From Thermoanaerobaculia bacterium (lineage in GTDB: Bacteria; Acidobacteriota; Thermoanaerobaculia; Multivoradales; Multivoraceae), in contig OY762911.1 of the NCBI GenBank assembly GCA_963666565.1, forward strand, positions 3,968,001 to 4,032,000: 64,000 nt of DNA. The letters run 5' to 3'. The position numbers and the translations under genes were made by a program. The notes beneath the pieces are model-generated. The model was not told the origin of the DNA. It was given only the letters and a program-made list of their open reading frames with translations, and ran no database searches. Below, piece after piece: positions 60,001-64,000 of this stretch. Every line of letters begins with the position of its first letter. Position 1 is the stretch's first letter.

Positions 60001-60810
60001 AGGATCGTCGGCGTCGTGTCGGGATTGACCCCCTCCGGTCTGGCACAGGTGGAGGTCCGGGCCTGGAAGGACTCCCGCTCGCGGGAAACGACGCCGGACA
60101 CCGAAGGGAACTTCTCCCTGGAAGGTCTCAGCCCGGGCGCCTGGCGGGTCGTCGCCACCCGAGGCACGCCAGGCTCGGAGAGGAGAATCGCGGAGAACGT
60201 GACGATCGATCAGGGTGCCGCCGAGACCTTCGTCGAGTTGCGTTTCGAGCGCGGGCGCCGTCTGTCCGGACAGGTGCTCGAAGCCGGGGAACCGCTGGCC
60301 GGTGCGAGGCTGGGGATCGGCGGACAATCCATCCGGACCGACCGCGAAGGCCGCTTCGCGGTCGAGGGACTCGAACCTGGCCGCACGCAGGTGCGCATCA
60401 GCCGGCCGGACTTCAGCGGGACGCAGTACCGGGCGATCGATCTGCAGACCGACCTGGAGGGAGTTCGCCTCGAGCTGGCGCCGGCCGCGGCGACCGTCGC
60501 CGGCACGGTCGTGGACGCGGCATCCGGCCAGCCGCTCGACTTCGTCAGCCTGATTGCTGCCGACGCGGCCACGATAAACGCCCTTGCAACGGACCAGGAC
60601 GCAGGCGCGTCGCTCGTCGGCGCAAGTTTCTCGTTCAGCCAGCCGGGCGGCAGGTTCACTCTCGAACTCGGACCGAACGCCGACCACCTGCTGGCAGCGC
60701 AGGACGGCTACGAGAGCCTCCGGATCCCCCTGGCAATCGAGCCCGGCGAGCGCCGCGAGGGCCTGGTTATCGAGTTGCAGCCGGAAGAGTCCGGAGACCC
60801 GAACCCGTAG
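57004..60810 (+). CDS. Large exported protein with many carboxypeptidase-regulatory-like (Cna-B/transthyretin-like) repeats
   Basis: Signal peptide and recurring GxVxDxxGxPvxGAxV...TdxxGxF...PGxY units. No catalytic motif seen. Confidence 0.85.
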   Translation: MRLRNETLRAATSQSLASLGLVGIAALAGGPVAAQRADSLNTVNGVVVDERGAPTADVEVVLRPYPSEYQVDLFLLGYEDTLPPAVDSTPTGPDGGYSLSAAEAGPYLLEFRPPAVEGRQRSTSPLIYGNLVPLKGSRTAQTVEMPNRHPVAVRILDAAGDPIEGALVVADPSVWIAPRYLGALTRLFRDVQTGTFSPPPEELILPTFHRSVSRTDSEGIARFRMPTAEASLVVSAPGFVRAEGKSASGRAAFRLERAPGVRLRVRGPDGALAPGVLIRTPDTTEAARNLTGANLLGDLGTPGALGAPGAPLAVTGAEGEAVVAPNSTSETSWELEGPDRAFARVSLPTPSPEEGSTRERVVEVRLEAPSRIPGRVVDVASGLAVEGAAIWVQRLPGHRATSGPSGAFDLETGPATTGTRLLATAGGYLPEQTDIAASTDPNPAETRIGLTPEAPIRGVVTDSSGRGVGGAKIRAQPRGAGVPPVGSLTARPATSAPDGAFQLDEVVYGHVYRLTAQAAGYANTSLDLPPLEPGVTIDPIHMVLSAGRQVLGAAVDSNGNPVADVDVALLWPLDPSDFRSPFDAPAVATTTNERGAFAFPAVAPGDYELRLRHPGYSDRPPAPIDVPSGESDLDLGDLTLVAGGTIRGIVTDPDGEPVPGASLQARGRNRIGGTVRTATTDADGRFQMTGLSTDLADLGIRASGYPLLVRPGIRVDSGDSVLIELVPGSAVSGRVVDAGGNDAVGVPVRLRIERDRRSGGSPLLMGPRDMFPRRVTDSQGRFRFDELIPGTWSAEARKGEETAKAGPIELAAAGEREIELVLGTPNRLTVVVATATGDPVAGARITLESPGERLPTGYGQTDGSGEARIDISPGSATVKVEHERLRDESRQVELATGANELRIELHPAAELAGTVRSHDGVPLALATVEAVTEYSPNTERHQRNTASDRNGAFRVTDVEPGSYIVTARSSGYADGGPETPIRVDRESIEGIEIVLQPEARIVGVVSGLTPSGLAQVEVRAWKDSRSRETTPDTEGNFSLEGLSPGAWRVVATRGTPGSERRIAENVTIDQGAAETFVELRFERGRRLSGQVLEAGEPLAGARLGIGGQSIRTDREGRFAVEGLEPGRTQVRISRPDFSGTQYRAIDLQTDLEGVRLELAPAAATVAGTVVDAASGQPLDFVSLIAADAATINALATDQDAGASLVGASFSFSQPGGRFTLELGPNADHLLAAQDGYESLRIPLAIEPGERREGLVIELQPEESGDPNP

Positions 60811-60831
60811 GAGGACTGGAGCGCCGCCGGA

Positions 60832-63800
60832 ATGCCGGACGTGAACCGGAGGTTGGCAGCCTTTGTGCCCCGCCTCATTCTCCTGCTCGCCCTGACCGGG
60901 CTCGCCGCCGGCCAGCTGTGGGCCCAGCCCGCCGCCGAGGCGCCCCTCACCGTCACGGGCACGCTGGTAGACGAACGCGGCGCGCCGGAAGCAGGCGTCG
61001 AAGTCGTCCTGCGGCCCTATCCGAACCGGTTCGAACTCGATCTCGACGTTCTCGGCGTCGCGGACGCGCTGCCCGCGGCGGTCGACCGAAGCCGCTCGGA
61101 CGCGGACGGCGCCTTCGCCGTGTCGGCGCCGGTTCCCGGGCCGTACCGCCTGGAGATGCGCCCTTCCGCACCGGCTGAATCGACCGGTGCCGTGGCGCCC
61201 CTCGTCTACGGAAACCTGGCGCCGCTCACCGCCTCGCGGGTCCTCGAACCGAACGAACTGCCGGACCGCCATCGCGTCGCCGTGCGCGTTCTGGATGCCG
61301 GCGATCGGCCGATCGCGGGGGCCCTGGTCGTCGCGATTCCCACGACCCTGCGGTCCGCCCGGTACGAACGGACGACCCGGCGCCAGCGGCCCCGGCGGCT
61401 CTACCCCAGGTTCCATCGAGCCGCCGCGAGAACGGACGCGGAGGGAGTGGCGCGGTTCCTGATGCCGACCGTCGAGGCCGAGATCGCTACCGCCGCGCCG
61501 GGCTTCGCCATCGGCACGGCGCGGACGGAGGCCGGTCGCGCCGCCTTCCGTCTGGAGCGCGATGCCGGCGTTCGGGTTCGGGTACGGGACCCCAACGGCG
61601 CGCCGGCGCCCGGAGTGCTGATCCGGACGCACGGCCCGAGCAACCTGCCCCTGGCGCTGACCGACGAGCAGGGGGAGGCGCTGGTCAGCGGCGCCTCCGA
61701 CGCCGAAGCCACCTACGAGTTCGAGCGCGCCGACCATGCCCTTGCCACGGCTCCGGCAACGCCGACTCCGCCGGTTGCGGGAGCGCCGGCCGCCGGCGAA
61801 CGCGTCGTTCACGTCCGTCTCGAGACGGCGCTGCGCGTTGCCGGTCGAGTCGTCGATGCGGCATCGGGCGTCCCCGTCGACAACGCGACGGTGTGGGCCG
61901 TCAGCTTCCCCGGACACGCCACATCGAGCGACCGGGCGGGCGGCTTCGAACTGAGCACGCGACTGTCCGGGAGAAAAGCCGCCCTGTCGGTCAACGCCAA
62001 CGGCTACCTGTCCGCCCGCGTCGACGCTGCCGGCGAGCGCGGCGCTACGACCGAGGTGTCCATCCCGCTGGAACCGGCGGCGCCCCTGTCCGGCCTGATC
62101 ACGGACAGCGCCGATCGACCGGTCGCGGGAGCGGCCATCCGGGCCGAGTCGATCGGCGGTTCGCGGCCGGGAGCGGGACCGCGCGGTTCGCTCACGACCG
62201 CCTCCGATGCCAACGGCGCCTTCCGCATCGCCGACGCCGAGTACGACCGGCCCTACCGGCTGACGGTGCGGGCTCAGGGCTTTCCGAGCACCGTCGTCGA
62301 CGCTCCACCCCTGGAGCGGGGCGCGGCCGCGGCGCCGCTCCGGATCGTCCTGACGAAGGGCCGCCGCACCTTCGGGCGTGTCGTCGACACCGAGGGCGCT
62401 CCGGTCGAGGCCGCCGAGGTCAGGCTGCGCCGGCCTCCGGAAACGGGCCGCCGCGTCCCCTTCGACCGGCTCGACGCCACCGAGCCCACGACGACGGACG
62501 AACAGGGCGACTTCCAGCTTCCGCCCGTCAGCACTGGAGAGTACGAGGTGCGCATCGTGCGCGCCGAGTACATAGGCACGGGAGACAGGAGAGTCGAGGT
62601 GCCGCGCGGCGAAGGGACCTTCGACCTCGGCTCGTTCACCCTGGTGCCGGGCGCGGAGATCTTCGGCGTTGTCAGCGACCCCGAAGGTCTGCCGGTCCCC
62701 GGCGCCACGGTGGAGTTCCCCAGGTACGGCGCGGACCGGGATCAGGGACGGTCGACCGCCACGGATCTCGACGGGACCTTCCGCCTTACCGGGCTTCCCC
62801 ACGACCTGGTCGATCTCGACGTTCGCGCGGAGGGCTTCGTACCGTTGACCCTAGGCGGCGCCCGGCCGGACACCGGCGAACCGATCCTCATCGAACTGCG
62901 GACGGGCGCGACGCTCTTGGGCCGCGTCCTGGACGACGCCGGGAACCCGGTCGCCGGCGCCTCGCTGATGCTCGATCCCGACGAGCAGACGCTGACGCGA
63001 TTGGGAGGATGGTCCTCGGTGGACTACTTCAAGAGCACCGGCAGCGACGGCCGCTTCCGCTTCGAGAACGTGGGCGCGGGGACCTGGTCGCTCGAAGCGG
63101 AGGACGGAGACGCCAAGGCTCGACTCGAAGCGATCGAACTGACCACGGGAACCGAGCGCGTCGTCGAGCTCCACTTGAGCGCCCGGAATCGCCTGACGGT
63201 CACCGTGACCACCTTCCGGGGCGACCCCGTGTCCGAGGCGGAGATTCTCGTCCAGAGCAACCAGCACCTCTACTCCAGCGCCTACGGCAGGACCGACGCC
63301 AGCGGCAGCGCGCGGATCGGAATCGAGCCCGGACCGGCCACCGTCCGCACCTTGCACGAGGAGCACGAGGACGATACGCGGAAGGTCGTTCTCGAAGCCG
63401 GGAGCAACGAACTGGCGATCCAGCTCGGATCCGGCGGAACGATCGCCGGCACCGTCCGGTCGGCCGACGGTCCGCCGCTCGCCGCCGCAACCGTCGAAGC
63501 CCACTCGGAAGACGACCTCGACACGCCGGTGCGGTACCGCCGCTACGGGGACTCGGCGAAGACGCTGTCGAACGGGCAGGGACAATTCCGCATATCGGGA
63601 CTCGAGCCGGGAACGTACCTTCTCCTCGGCCGGGCGCCCGGCTTCGCCGCCGACGGTCCCGACCAACCGTTCGTTGTGGACGGCCAGAGCGTGGACGGCG
63701 TCGACATCGTCCTCCAGCCGGGAGGCTTGATCGCCGGAGTCGTCAGCGGGCTCGGTTCCGCGGAACTGAGCCAGGTGCGGATCGAAGCCTCGAATCGAGC

Positions 63801-64000
63801 CCGGTGGCAAACCGCGGCGCCCGACAGCGAGGGGAACTTCGCGCTCGACGACGTGGCGGCCGGGGAGTGGAAGGTCGTCGCCCGCAAAGGCGCGTCCTTC
63901 GGGGGACGGGCCGTCGAACGGACCGTGACGGTGGGCCCCGGGTCGTCCGAGGCGTTCGTCGAGCTCCCGTTCGAACGCGGCCTGCGCCTGAGCGGACAGG
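60832..64000 (+). CDS. Paralogue of the preceding repeat protein (partial; runs off the window end)
   Basis: Not in the ORF track. Manual translation MPDVNRRLAAFVPRLILLLALTGLAAGQLWAQ...VTGTLVDERGAPEAGVEVVLRPYP is collinear with 57004-60810. Confidence 0.85.
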   Translation, partial: MPDVNRRLAAFVPRLILLLALTGLAAGQLWAQPAAEAPLTVTGTLVDERGAPEAGVEVVLRPYPNRFELDLDVLGVADALPAAVDRSRSDADGAFAVSAPVPGPYRLEMRPSAPAESTGAVAPLVYGNLAPLTASRVLEPNELPDRHRVAVRVLDAGDRPIAGALVVAIPTTLRSARYERTTRRQRPRRLYPRFHRAAARTDAEGVARFLMPTVEAEIATAAPGFAIGTARTEAGRAAFRLERDAGVRVRVRDPNGAPAPGVLIRTHGPSNLPLALTDEQGEALVSGASDAEATYEFERADHALATAPATPTPPVAGAPAAGERVVHVRLETALRVAGRVVDAASGVPVDNATVWAVSFPGHATSSDRAGGFELSTRLSGRKAALSVNANGYLSARVDAAGERGATTEVSIPLEPAAPLSGLITDSADRPVAGAAIRAESIGGSRPGAGPRGSLTTASDANGAFRIADAEYDRPYRLTVRAQGFPSTVVDAPPLERGAAAAPLRIVLTKGRRTFGRVVDTEGAPVEAAEVRLRRPPETGRRVPFDRLDATEPTTTDEQGDFQLPPVSTGEYEVRIVRAEYIGTGDRRVEVPRGEGTFDLGSFTLVPGAEIFGVVSDPEGLPVPGATVEFPRYGADRDQGRSTATDLDGTFRLTGLPHDLVDLDVRAEGFVPLTLGGARPDTGEPILIELRTGATLLGRVLDDAGNPVAGASLMLDPDEQTLTRLGGWSSVDYFKSTGSDGRFRFENVGAGTWSLEAEDGDAKARLEAIELTTGTERVVELHLSARNRLTVTVTTFRGDPVSEAEILVQSNQHLYSSAYGRTDASGSARIGIEPGPATVRTLHEEHEDDTRKVVLEAGSNELAIQLGSGGTIAGTVRSADGPPLAAATVEAHSEDDLDTPVRYRRYGDSAKTLSNGQGQFRISGLEPGTYLLLGRAPGFAADGPDQPFVVDGQSVDGVDIVLQPGGLIAGVVSGLGSAELSQVRIEASNRARWQTAAPDSEGNFALDDVAAGEWKVVARKGASFGGRAVERTVTVGPGSSEAFVELPFERGLRLSGQ

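Overview
High-GC bacterial chromosome segment. Gene content suggests Acidobacteriota, probably Thermoanaerobaculia-like; this is inference only. It holds about 35 CDS and no recognisable rRNA, tRNA, CRISPR array, integrase or transposase. Housekeeping genes are aceE (partial), TPP-riboswitch-controlled thiC, ispG, metF and a 5'-3' exonuclease. These are interleaved with many tandem paralogue pairs of exported proteins. The main observations are: (1) a full-length eukaryote-type MTHFR with the C-terminal SAM-binding regulatory domain, in host-like codon usage; (2) a four-gene cluster in which two alkaline-phosphatase-superfamily membrane enzymes and two GT-C glycosyltransferases share one ~280-aa C-terminal module, a candidate undescribed cell-surface modification system; (3) an ABC-ATPase plus TOPRIM-like (DUF3226-like) pair in a lower-GC patch, a candidate defence system; (4) a REP-like hairpin family of about 10 copies that has entered the coding ends of several proteins; (5) a signal-peptide-bearing TldD/TldE pair; (6) repeated TAnnnT boxes 6-9 nt before start codons, suggesting leaderless-type transcripts. 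All family calls come from motif recognition by eye; no searches were run.
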